Shown here in pieces: positions 14,938 to 24,545 of a DNA stretch of 64,000 nucleotides. Within the stretch, counting starts at the first letter, position 1. Each line of letters opens with the position of its first letter. Below the pieces are notes generated by a model that saw only the letters and a list, made by a program, of their open reading frames with translations, ran no database searches and was not told the origin of the DNA. The translations under genes and the position numbers were made by a program. Source of the stretch: Eledone cirrhosa (Eukaryota); contig OZ024740.1 in NCBI GenBank assembly GCA_964016885.1, positions 280,984,001 to 281,048,000 of the forward strand, read 5' to 3'.

Positions 14938-14938
<1 letters not shown>
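14703..14938. repeat. Inverted-repeat cassette of a dispersed TA-associated repeat family
   Basis: Arms ~14703-14776 and ~14870-14938. Related copies at ~36685-36850 and ~47777-47896, each next to (TA)n. Confidence 0.7.
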
Positions 14939-14969
<31 letters not shown>

Positions 14970-16113
14970 GTATTAAGGATACTATTTATGGTTATGTATA
15001 TACTAAAACCTTTTATAGTTATATATATTTTAAACTTTAAACAGTGAAAGACAGTAATTTATTACTACCTTATTACCAGTAAGATAAATAGCTCAATGTA
15101 ATAACATCAGTTGTTCTACACAGCAGTTATATAGAAATTACATGAATCAAAGTTTCTAATCATGGTTCTAATAAAACCCTGCCAGGTTCTGTGGGTAGAC
15201 TACATTTACAAAGATCATTGATTTGGAGATCTGACTCTTCATGTGGAATATTCAGTTGTGGCACTCTATGATAGAGGGTAATCATCCTAATATGGACACC
15301 TTTAGTACTTCTTGATAGACTAGACTGTAATTTAAAGATAGGATACTTAAATTTATAACCATATATGATAGGGACTCAATTGGGACACCATTTAATGTAC
15401 ATTGGAATAATAAATTTAGTTATAGAAATCAGCTAGTTACCTCCCCTCACGCATTAACTCCCCTTAATCACACACACACTTCCGGAAAATAAAACGATGT
15501 AAATTCTCGCAACAAAAACAACCTGCTCTATAAAATTGGATTAACGAACAACAAGCTGTAATATTCTAACCTAATTAATCAAGCATCCAATACTGAATCA
15601 TCGTTGATTATGTGAAGGACATATAATCTATATATTACGTTTCCTGGATTGTGAAAATGGTGGTGTATACGAAAATCATAACATTATTTTGCTTCTCATT
15701 TTTAATATTTCTCTGAACACAAGCTTCTATATCATACATAAAAAATACTTTACCAATACAACCCCCATAATACTCTTGATTGCCCGCTTAAAGTGCTTGT
15801 ATTCTATATAATACCTTGCCGCATTATAATCTTATATAAATAAGACACACGTGCATGCTCCACGTGTAACTATTGCATACACTAACTACTTCAAACAATC
15901 CTCATGCATTGTCTTCGTAAACTGCCGATGTTGTATTTTAACTTTAATTTTGTTTTAATTTTCTTTTAATATGATTTTAATTTTTGAATGTAAATTGCCA
16001 TGTTAAAATATTATAATGGATGTCAACCCACTGTGCATCGGTATATACATATGTTTCTGTATGTCTCTTGTGTTGGAAAGGAGGTCATGTATGTAAACAA
16101 TCATTGAGAAATT

Positions 16114-16158
16114 GCTCCGAAGACTCCAAACCTCGGTTTGCACGAAACAATTGTAAGC
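16114..16158 (+). ncRNA. Minimal type I hammerhead-like motif, CCGAAGA core variant
   Basis: GCT-CCGAAGA-CTCCAAACC.TC.GGTTTGCAC-GAAA-CAATTG-TA-AGC, ~40 nt before (TA)n. Confidence 0.65.
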
Positions 16159-16191
16159 TAATACATGGTTTGAACAGAACTTTGATTCATG

Positions 16192-16233
<42 letters not shown>

Positions 16234-16289
16234 ACATACAAATGCACACACACTCACATGCACACACACACACACACATACATACACAC

Positions 16290-16363
<74 letters not shown>

Positions 16364-16624
16364 TTTCTTTATTAACCACAAGGGTTTACATAAAGTAGAC
16401 ATTAAGGACAGTGCAGGACAATGCAGGACGGTACAAATGGGCATTTCTGCGTGTAAAAAAAACAAAAATAGAGGATGTAACAAAAATAACAATGAAAATA
16501 ACAATGAAAAATTCCCCAATAGGGGGGAGACTTCGGAGGGACATTTGTGGAGAAAGCCCAGTAAAAAGCCACAATGACCCTGACCACCAAGGCAAGTGCC
16601 CTCTCCCAGTTTTCCACCTTTAGT

Positions 16625-19600
16625 TTACAGATATATACTCAGAGTCGGCCCATTCACTCGGGCCATTCTTGCTTCTCTCACCCATCTTTCAACAAAATGC
16701 TGGGAAGAGAGCACTTCCTTCTCTACTCTGATTTTCCTTTTCAAATGAAATTTGAAAAAGTCAATCAGAGCATCACCGAAGAGGTAAGTGCTCGTCTTCA
16801 GCCCTTTCAAACGTGTCCACCATGCTATCTCTTTCGCCATGGCCACCAGACAGATAAAAACTGCCTGCCCTTCCCGGCTAAAGGAGGAGGGCGGGGCAAT
16901 CCTCACGATAGACTCAGATGATAGCTGGATCCGTCCTAAACGCGACAGCAGGTGTTCGACATAAACCCACAAGTCAGCAATTTTCGGACACTGGACGAGT
17001 GCGTGCAGGACGGTTTCGTCGCCCTGCGCGCATCTCGGACATGCCCGGCTGACGGCACCTCCATGCCTGTAGAGTTTATCCCGAACTGGCAAGGCTCCTC
17101 GGTAGCACTGCCAGGCCAGAGATTTCTGGAAGTTGTCCATAGGCCCTGGCCCGAAAGTTCTTCCGAAGAGATTGGCTAGTTGATTTTCGTCGACGCCTAG
17201 AGTTTCCCCAAGTACGTCGTCGCTCTTCCCCTCCACTAATCCTCTATAGAACGCCGAGGTGGAGTTTCCACCGATCACATTGCCCGATTGGTCGAGGGCT
17301 GTGAGCGCCTGAAGACATTCCAGTCTCCAGGCGCTCCCTCTCGGTCTTCGCTTGACCCAGGACTGCAGCTCCGTCAAGGAAACGAGCTGGGGAAAAACGC
17401 GTCTAGCAAACGGCGACCACACCTGATCACCGTCGAGGAAGAGGTGGAGATGTCGTAGCCTGAGCGCGTGCCTGCGCATCATCAGCCACGGCATGCCCAG
17501 CCCTCCACGTAGCGGGTGTTGACAACAGATGGACCGCCTGACCATCGGAGCACGTCCCTTCCACAAAAAGCGAAAGAGCAAACGCTCCAGCGCAGTCAGG
17601 CGAGGCTTAGGACAAGGTACGACGGTTAGGCGGTAGCAGATGACAGACGCGATGTACGCGTTAGCCACCTCCGCTCGACCTTTCAGGGATAGCTTCCTCT
17701 CCGCCCATTTCTGGGTGAGAGAAGCCACCCTGCTCGTCACCTCGTCCCAGTTTTTGTCCGTCTGGAGGTCCGGACCGAACCAGACCCCTAGCAATTTAAC
17801 CGGTCCGTCCGTCCAGCGCCCGACGACGCTGTTGGACGGCATGGACCTGCCTCTCCAGGTGCCGAGCTGCAGGCCCACTGACTTTTCCTGGTTGATCATT
17901 GCTCCTGTCACCGCTTCGTATTCTCTTAGTGTAGTGCCGATCGCCTCGATGTGTTTGGCGTTCGACACCACTACGGTGACATCGTCCGCATATGCTGACA
18001 CGGATCTTCCGCATCCTAGTTCGCGCGGGACTCCCCTCAACGTCTCCAGTTTGTGCAGTAATGGCTCGAGAGTCAATACGTACAAGAGGGACGAGAGGGG
18101 ACATCCTTGGCGGACCGAGCGCATGATGTTGAACGGTTCCGACAGGTGACCGTTCACTCTCACCACAGAGCAGATGTCGCTGTGCATGGCAGCGATCCAG
18201 CCTCTGAAGACGGGCCCAAAGCCAGCCGCCCTCAGGACTGCCGCTAGGTAACGATGGTCGACCCTATCGAAAGCTTTCGACTGATCTAAATTGATCAAGG
18301 ACCCACCCGTGCCAGGTTCCCTAGCTACCCTCTCTACGATGTATCGCATGAGGTGGAGGTTGTCGTGGATGGATCTGTCGGGAATGGCGCATGTCTGCGC
18401 CTCTCCCACCAGACCACCAACGACAAGCGCCAACCTCTTTGCTAGCACCTTGGCCAAAATCTTAAACTCTGTGTTTAGCAGAGTTATGGGCCGGAAATTG
18501 TCTATGTTATCCCCCTTGTTCGGATCCTTTCTCAGCAGTGCCACCGCTCCTCGGCTCACAGAACTGGGAATTCTCCCGTTCTGTTGCCAGTTGCAGTAGA
18601 CGTCCGCCAAGAGGCCTCCGAACAAGTCTGGCATCTGTACGTAAAGTTCATAGGGCAGACCATCCAAACCAGGCGATTTACCCCTTGTGCAGCCAGTCAT
18701 TGCCTCCCGTACTTCAGCGGCTGTTATCGGCTTTTCGCAACACTTCGCCTCAGTGGCCGAGAGCCGCGGCAGTCCGTCGAGGTAGACACTAAAGTCCATC
18801 CCTCTACCCGGCCCCCCGCTGCCCCCGAACAGCTGAGCGAAGTGTCGCTGAAAAGCTTCACACATTTGCCCGGGATCGAGTAGCATGCGCCCGTCGTGGT
18901 CCACCAAAGACCGGATCGTGGCTTTGTTGCCATGACGCGCCTCCGCCACTCGGGCCCATTGAACGGCTTTCGTCCCCTCGTGTCTGAGAGCACGCACCCT
19001 AGCTCTGACAACGCAGCCTTCGTGCTTTGCATTGAAGAATTGGTCAAGGGCCAATTTCGCCGCAAGCACGTCGGTCGCAATGCCTTTGCTAAGCGCCTCG
19101 TCTAATTTTCTAACTAGTTCTCCCTCTGCTCTATTTTTCTCTATTGCTAAAGCCTTACTAAACCTAATCGATTCTATTCTAATCGCTCTTTTCAGAGCAA
19201 ACCACCACTTGTTGTTGACGATGGCCCCCGTCAACGCCCGCTTAACTAGTTCGCTAATCCGGTCTCTGTAGGCCTTGCGCGCTGGTAAGGACGCGTTTAG
19301 CTTCCAGTAGCCGGGTCCTCGTCTATGAAGCCTATCTAAGTCAAGCACACAGATCACGAATTTGTGGTCCGTGTAGCTGACTATCTTGAATTGTGGACAG
19401 CCTATGCTAGACCTATCTATTTCCCTACAAAATACTCTATCTAGATATGATCTGGATGACCCTATGCGGTTTCTCCAAGTCCACATTGGCACATTCGGGA
19501 AATCCAATCGGTACCTGTCAGACAGTTCAAAACGCCTGAGCAGGTTGGTGAGGCTCTTGCACCCTCCACCCCTATCCGCTAATCCCACACAGTCCCAGCG

Positions 19601-20044
19601 TGCATCTAAGATCCCGTTCCAGTCGCCCACTAACACTAAAGAGCGCGACGTTCCAAGAAAGGTCTCCAGACGCCGGAAGAAATCAGGCCGCCCTGCTCCT
19701 GTCGGGGCATAGACGGCCACTAGCCTGAAAGCTTGCCCGTCTCCGCTGGTCACGTCCAGCACCACCAGCTTACCCTCTGGGTCCAGGAAGATGGCCCGTA
19801 TGGCGAGATCCAAACCTCTCCGAAAAAGCACAGCAACTCCTCCACCCGATCCAGGACGGCTGGGAGATGCGTACACATCGTAGCCGCCGAAGATCGGTGC
19901 GAAGGCCCGTGCTTCGGAGATTCTGGTCTCGCTGATGGCCACTACATCTATGTTTAGTGACCTGAGGTCGTTGAGCAGGTGACCCTGCTTCCATGACGAC
20001 CCCAAGCCACGCGCATTTATGCTGCCTATTCTGAGTGAGGTCAT
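16625..20044 (-). CDS. LINE ORF2: APE endonuclease, reverse transcriptase and C-terminal zinc motif (1139 aa)
   Basis: SINARGL, SET, VYAP, GDWN, LDR, TDH; KSPGLDG, FRPITLLN, DQSKAFD, RQGCPLS, YADD; CPRC..ETVLHALVQC. Confidence 0.97.
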   Translation of the reverse strand: MTSLRIGSINARGLGSSWKQGHLLNDLRSLNIDVVAISETRISEARAFAPIFGGYDVYASPSRPGSGGGVAVLFRRGLDLAIRAIFLDPEGKLVVLDVTSGDGQAFRLVAVYAPTGAGRPDFFRRLETFLGTSRSLVLVGDWNGILDARWDCVGLADRGGGCKSLTNLLRRFELSDRYRLDFPNVPMWTWRNRIGSSRSYLDRVFCREIDRSSIGCPQFKIVSYTDHKFVICVLDLDRLHRRGPGYWKLNASLPARKAYRDRISELVKRALTGAIVNNKWWFALKRAIRIESIRFSKALAIEKNRAEGELVRKLDEALSKGIATDVLAAKLALDQFFNAKHEGCVVRARVRALRHEGTKAVQWARVAEARHGNKATIRSLVDHDGRMLLDPGQMCEAFQRHFAQLFGGSGGPGRGMDFSVYLDGLPRLSATEAKCCEKPITAAEVREAMTGCTRGKSPGLDGLPYELYVQMPDLFGGLLADVYCNWQQNGRIPSSVSRGAVALLRKDPNKGDNIDNFRPITLLNTEFKILAKVLAKRLALVVGGLVGEAQTCAIPDRSIHDNLHLMRYIVERVAREPGTGGSLINLDQSKAFDRVDHRYLAAVLRAAGFGPVFRGWIAAMHSDICSVVRVNGHLSEPFNIMRSVRQGCPLSSLLYVLTLEPLLHKLETLRGVPRELGCGRSVSAYADDVTVVVSNAKHIEAIGTTLREYEAVTGAMINQEKSVGLQLGTWRGRSMPSNSVVGRWTDGPVKLLGVWFGPDLQTDKNWDEVTSRVASLTQKWAERKLSLKGRAEVANAYIASVICYRLTVVPCPKPRLTALERLLFRFLWKGRAPMVRRSICCQHPLRGGLGMPWLMMRRHALRLRHLHLFLDGDQVWSPFARRVFPQLVSLTELQSWVKRRPRGSAWRLECLQALTALDQSGNVIGGNSTSAFYRGLVEGKSDDVLGETLGVDENQLANLFGRTFGPGPMDNFQKSLAWQCYRGALPVRDKLYRHGGAVSRACPRCAQGDETVLHALVQCPKIADLWVYVEHLLSRLGRIQLSSESIVRIAPPSSFSREGQAVFICLVAMAKEIAWWTRLKGLKTSTYLFGDALIDFFKFHLKRKIRVEKEVLSSQHFVERWVREARMARVNGPTLSIYL

Positions 20045-20078
20045 GTTTAAAATAGAGTGGAAAGATGGGAAAGACCAC

Positions 20079-22175
20079 TTACCGTATTTTTGGTAGAGGA
20101 GGGATGGTTTTTACATCCCTTTTCACTTGATCGTCTGGTGAAGGGACCGTTGAATCGTCCCTTCGGCTGGTCGTCGGCTCTTCTAAGAGAATGTCTGAAT
20201 ATACTCTTCGATTAATGGTTCCTCCTAGGTCCCTGAAATCACCAACTGCGTTGGGGAATTTCGTTTTAATGTTTGTGTATTGTTTCTGTGCTATTTTTAG
20301 CAGTCTTATGTTAGTTGGCGTTTTGATTGGTGCTGGTATTATGTAGTCCTGTTGTGAAATGTCTGTGTGTTCAATTATGTAAGTCATTAGTTTCTTGTTG
20401 TGTGTGTTTATTGCCGTGCATTTGTTTTTCTGGGGGTGGGGTGTGGTTCTGCTATTTTCTTGTCGTTGTTGCTGGGTGTGTGTGTTTTGTTGTTGTGTTT
20501 GCGATGTTGGTGCTTGTGGTGGTGGTGTTGAAGGTGTTGTTGGCGGTGGGGTTGTCGCCGGTGGTGATGGTGGTGCTGGTGTGGGTGGTGATGGTGTTGG
20601 TGGTGTTGCTGCTGTGGGTCTCTTTGCAGTAGACTTTACCCTTTTCTCATTTCTTTCCTCCCTTTTCAAAGGCGACGATGCGCTGCTTCTGCGTTTGTGC
20701 CTTCTTGAGACCTTTTGCCATCCCTCTCCCACCTCACACTCCATGTCTGATTCTGTAAGGTCGGGGAGGGGTACCAGCTCCACTCTTTCACTTGTTGTTG
20801 TTGGTGATGTTTGCACTGGAGTCTCTGTTGCAGCTGCATTTGGTATTGCTGTTGTTGTTGTTAATATTTCCACTGCTGCTGCTGTCTTTGATTTCCGTGG
20901 AGTGGGTATGGGTGCCACGGACCTATCGTTCCTGGTTGCCGCTTGTCCTGTTGCTGGTAGCCGTGGAACCGGATTCGGGAGGAGGGGGGTTTTCTCCTTT
21001 CTCAGGGTCTTCTCGTTGCAGAAGGCCCTGAGGTGAGTCTTCGATCCACAGCGAAAGCATTTCGGTCGTTTGCCCTCAACACTTATGGGCAGTTGAGTGC
21101 CGTTATCGAAGTCTATCACATCCGGGATAGCTTCGATGCACTCCTGGTTGGTTTGGATTAGCATCTCAATGGAGGAGCCGACCCAATCTTCTCTTACTTT
21201 TTTCTGTACTTGCAGTACAGTTGTTTTGTCCTCGATTCCGACGAGGACAGACGCGGCCAGCCAAGAAGGGGTCATTCCGGGGGGGACGTGGGTCAGTTTG
21301 ACCCTCACAATTTTTTGCCCGCAGTAGGAGGGCACCAACACCATTTCCTCGCTCCTTAGGGTCACTACTGATTGGGCCTTTGCCTCCTGGGGTGTGGCAA
21401 AAAGTACGTCTACGGTGGCGTATTTTTTGCCTCGGGTGATGTGCGTTTTCCTCTGCCACACAGACCCCAAGGCTTTTTGTATTTGGGCCTCTGTGGCTCT
21501 TTCCACCCTACGGGATTTTGTACTTACTGTACGGTACGTGACCGTACAGTGCTCTTGGGTTTCGAAAAAATTTTTCGCTGCCTTGCAGATTGCTCGGTGT
21601 CCGTTCTTTGTCACCATCTTCTTCGCTTCCTCTAATTCCTCATTTGTTATGAGGATTGTTTCCAGGTTTTTCGCAATACCTGCAAATGAGATTGGTTTTT
21701 CTCTGCTGTTGTTGTTGTCGTCAGAGCTGCTGGTACTTTTGTTGTTGCTGCAGGTACTACGACTACTGCCTCCGCCGCTGTTGCTGTGGTTGTTGTTGGT
21801 GTTGCTGCTGCTAATGCTGTTGTTGTTTATGCTGCTGGTGATGCTGTTGCGGCTGCTACTGTTGTTTTCATTGTCACTGTTGCTGTTGTTATTACGGCTG
21901 CTACTGCTATTATTCCTGACGTCAGACGAATGAACTGGGTTTTCGTATTTCCCGCACACCTGTTTCGTCGCTGTCGTCGTCGTCGTGGAGAAACCTTGCA
22001 CGCTTTGCACGAGACTTTTCTTTTCTTTCGTCGCTTGCGAAAGAGAAGGGAGGGAGAGAGACACATTTAAAGAAGGGAGGGAGAGAGACAATCTTCTCTC
22101 TCCTGTAGTGATGATTGAGGAAGAAGAAGACGGAATGAGTGGGAGTGACGTATGAAATTTCTTTTTGGTAGCCAT
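20079..22175 (-). CDS. LINE ORF1 with a CCHC zinc knuckle
   Basis: EGKRPKCFRCGSKTHLRAFC and N/S-rich and P/T-rich low-complexity segments. First ATG (MATKK) at 22175, conserved in copy B. Confidence 0.9.
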   Translation of the reverse strand: MATKKKFHTSLPLIPSSSSSIITTGERRLSLSLPSLNVSLSLPSLSQATKEKKSLVQSVQGFSTTTTTATKQVCGKYENPVHSSDVRNNSSSSRNNNSNSDNENNSSSRNSITSSINNNSISSSNTNNNHSNSGGGSSRSTCSNNKSTSSSDDNNNSREKPISFAGIAKNLETILITNEELEEAKKMVTKNGHRAICKAAKNFFETQEHCTVTYRTVSTKSRRVERATEAQIQKALGSVWQRKTHITRGKKYATVDVLFATPQEAKAQSVVTLRSEEMVLVPSYCGQKIVRVKLTHVPPGMTPSWLAASVLVGIEDKTTVLQVQKKVREDWVGSSIEMLIQTNQECIEAIPDVIDFDNGTQLPISVEGKRPKCFRCGSKTHLRAFCNEKTLRKEKTPLLPNPVPRLPATGQAATRNDRSVAPIPTPRKSKTAAAVEILTTTTAIPNAAATETPVQTSPTTTSERVELVPLPDLTESDMECEVGEGWQKVSRRHKRRSSASSPLKREERNEKRVKSTAKRPTAATPPTPSPPTPAPPSPPATTPPPTTPSTPPPQAPTSQTQQQNTHTQQQRQENSRTTPHPQKNKCTAINTHNKKLMTYIIEHTDISQQDYIIPAPIKTPTNIRLLKIAQKQYTNIKTKFPNAVGDFRDLGGTINRRVYSDILLEEPTTSRRDDSTVPSPDDQVKRDVKTIPPLPKIR

Positions 22176-22404
22176 GTTTTTGTTTAAAATGAAATTTTGG
22201 GTACAAAACCCCAATAACTGGCTATTTAACCCCGAAGGGCCAAATAACGGACAGAAAGACCCCTCTCACGAGGAGGAGGGTGTCTTTATCAACAATTTGG
22301 TTCAAGTTTTAAACAATTTACAATTGTTTTAACGGTTAAAAATTACTATACCTTACAGAGCCGAGCCTCCGTCAACCATGGCATTCAATAATAATAATAA
22401 TAAT

Positions 22405-24480
22405 AGTTCTGATAATGAAAGACCGAATCAAGAGGGTAATGATGCTACCAACTATAGACCTATCACATGTCTGCCCGTAATGTGGAAACTGTTGACGAGC
22501 ATTGTGTCTGAGGAAATCTACCATCACCTCCACACAAACAACTTGTTACCGGACGACCAGAAAGGATGCCGAAAGAAGTCACGTGGTACAAAGGACTAGT
22601 TGCTTATTGATAAGATGGTAATGGGGAATTGCAGGAGGAGACACACTGATCTTGCCATGGGATGGATAGACTACAGAAAGGCATTTGACATGGTGCCTCA
22701 TTCCTGGATCACCAAAAGCCTGGAGATCTTCAGGGTGGCGGATAACATCAGACAGTTGCTAGGCAGGAGTATGGGGTCCTGGGAGACAGAGTTGACATCA
22801 ACTGGAGTATCCTTGGGAAGCGTGAAGATCAAGAGAGGTATCTTCCAGGGAGATAGCCTGTCCCCTCTGTTGTTTGTCCTTGCCCTGATGCCCTTGACCA
22901 TTATGCTGCGAAAAGTGAGAGCAGGATACAAGTTGGGAAGGGGAGAGCTTACCATCAATCACCTCCTCTTCATGGACGATCTTAAGCTCTTCGGGAAAAG
23001 TGAGAAGGAGTTGGATGTGCTTGTTGACACTGTCCGTATTTTCAGCAGTGATATATGTATGCAGTTTGGTATTGGTAAATGTGGAGTCATTGTGATGAAG
23101 AGGGGTAGGTTGAGCAGAAGTAACGGGATCCAGATACCAACAGGTGAGATGATAAAGGAAATTGACTCTGAGGAAGGATACAAGTATTTGGGCGTTCTGG
23201 AGGCTGATGGCATAAAGAACAAAAAAATGAAGGAATTGTTAAGAACTGAATACATTCGGAGAGTAAGGAGCGTATTGAAGTCACATCTGAACAGCAGAAA
23301 TGCCATAAGCGCAGTAAATTCCCGAGCTGTGTCTATTATTAGGTACAGTGCGGGAATTCTGAGATGGAATGTTGCTGAACAGAAAGGAATGGATAGGAAG
23401 ACTAGGAAGCTATTGACTATCTACAACATGTTCCACAAGAGGAGTGATGTCGATAGACTCTACCTAAGGAGATCTGAGGGTGGAAGAGGTCTTATCAGCA
23501 TAGAGGACTGTGTTCAGATGGAGAAAAACAACCTATACAAATACGTGACCTATAGTAAGGAGCCAATGCTCAGAGCTGTACTGAAGGAGGGGACAGTAGG
23601 CCAGGGGATGTCCAGGGAGGAAATAACATCAAGGAGGAAGAGCAGCCTTAAGGGAAAACCCCTTCATAGTACCTTCTTTGAGAAAACTGAATTTAGAGAT
23701 CCACAGACATGGAACTGGTTGAGAAGAGGAGACCTCAAAAAGGCTACAGAAGGAATGCTAATGGCTGCGCAGGTGCAGGCCCTCAAAACGAAGTGGTTGA
23801 AGCACCATATCTACAAGGAGGAGGCCAGCCCACTGTGCAGGATCTGTGGAGAGAGGAGACTGTGGCTCACATTGTGTCCGAGTGTAAACACCTAGCCCAG
23901 ACCCACTATAAGGGCTGGAGACACGATGTGATGGGCAGGGTGATCCACTGGCACCTGTGCAAAGTAAACAATCTACCACATTCTGAGAAATGGTATGAGC
24001 ATAGGCCAGAGGCGGTGATGGAGAACAATCAGGTGAAGGTGCTGTGGGATTTTAGGATACAGACGGACAAAAAACTGGAACACAATAGACCTGACCTGGT
24101 GGTTGTGGACAAAGAAAAAAGATCGTGCCTGATTGTGGATGTGGCCTGCCCGTTCGACACGAGAGTGCAAGAGAAGGAGAGGGAGAAAATTAACCGATAC
24201 CAGGACCTAAAGTGGGAGGTGAAAAGGATTTGGAACTGCCATGAAGTCAAAGTGATCCCGATTGTCATAGGCGCACTGGGGACTATCTCCAAAAGTTTCC
24301 AGGGATGGTTAAAGAAAATTGGCCCCTTCACGCTTTTTGGAACGCTTCAAAAGGCATGCTTGCTTGGAACAGCAAGAACCCTCCGATACGTCCTGAATAT
24401 CTGAGGCTGCAGGTAGTGGCTTGATATTCAATCCAACGGACTTTCCAGTTAACCAACATCAATGACTGAGATTCAAGGAA
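22405..24480 (+). mobile_element. 5'-truncated R4/Dong-like non-LTR retrotransposon (restriction-like endonuclease) in (AAT)n
   Basis: RT motifs YRPITCL, WIDYRKAFD, QGDSLSP, FMDD; CCHC knuckle; RHD; PD..D endonuclease. Has a stop and frameshifts; nearly identical to 27024-29100. Confidence 0.92.
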
Positions 24481-24545
24481 TAACAATAACAATAATAATA
24501 ATAATAATAATAATTGTTTCTACTTTAGGCACAAGGCCAGCAATG

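Larger units (their letters stand above)
16362..22386 (-). mobile_element. Full-length Tx1/L1-clade LINE (copy A) inserted in (AAT)n
   Basis: Two open ORFs; AATAAA followed by an (ATT)n tail at the 3' end; (ATT)n also at the 5' junction; same termini as copy B. Confidence 0.95.

Noticed and set aside
15480-15840. Possible PLE GIY-YIG remnant upstream of the 16114 hammerhead (similar hints near 12560 and 37900-38400)
   Set aside because: Only faint motif fragments across frameshifts; needs a profile search.
17640-21933. Antisense ORFs within the LINEs (also in copies B, C, D and the Dong-like copies)
   Set aside because: Expected shadows of GC-rich or low-complexity coding sequence; no independent motifs.
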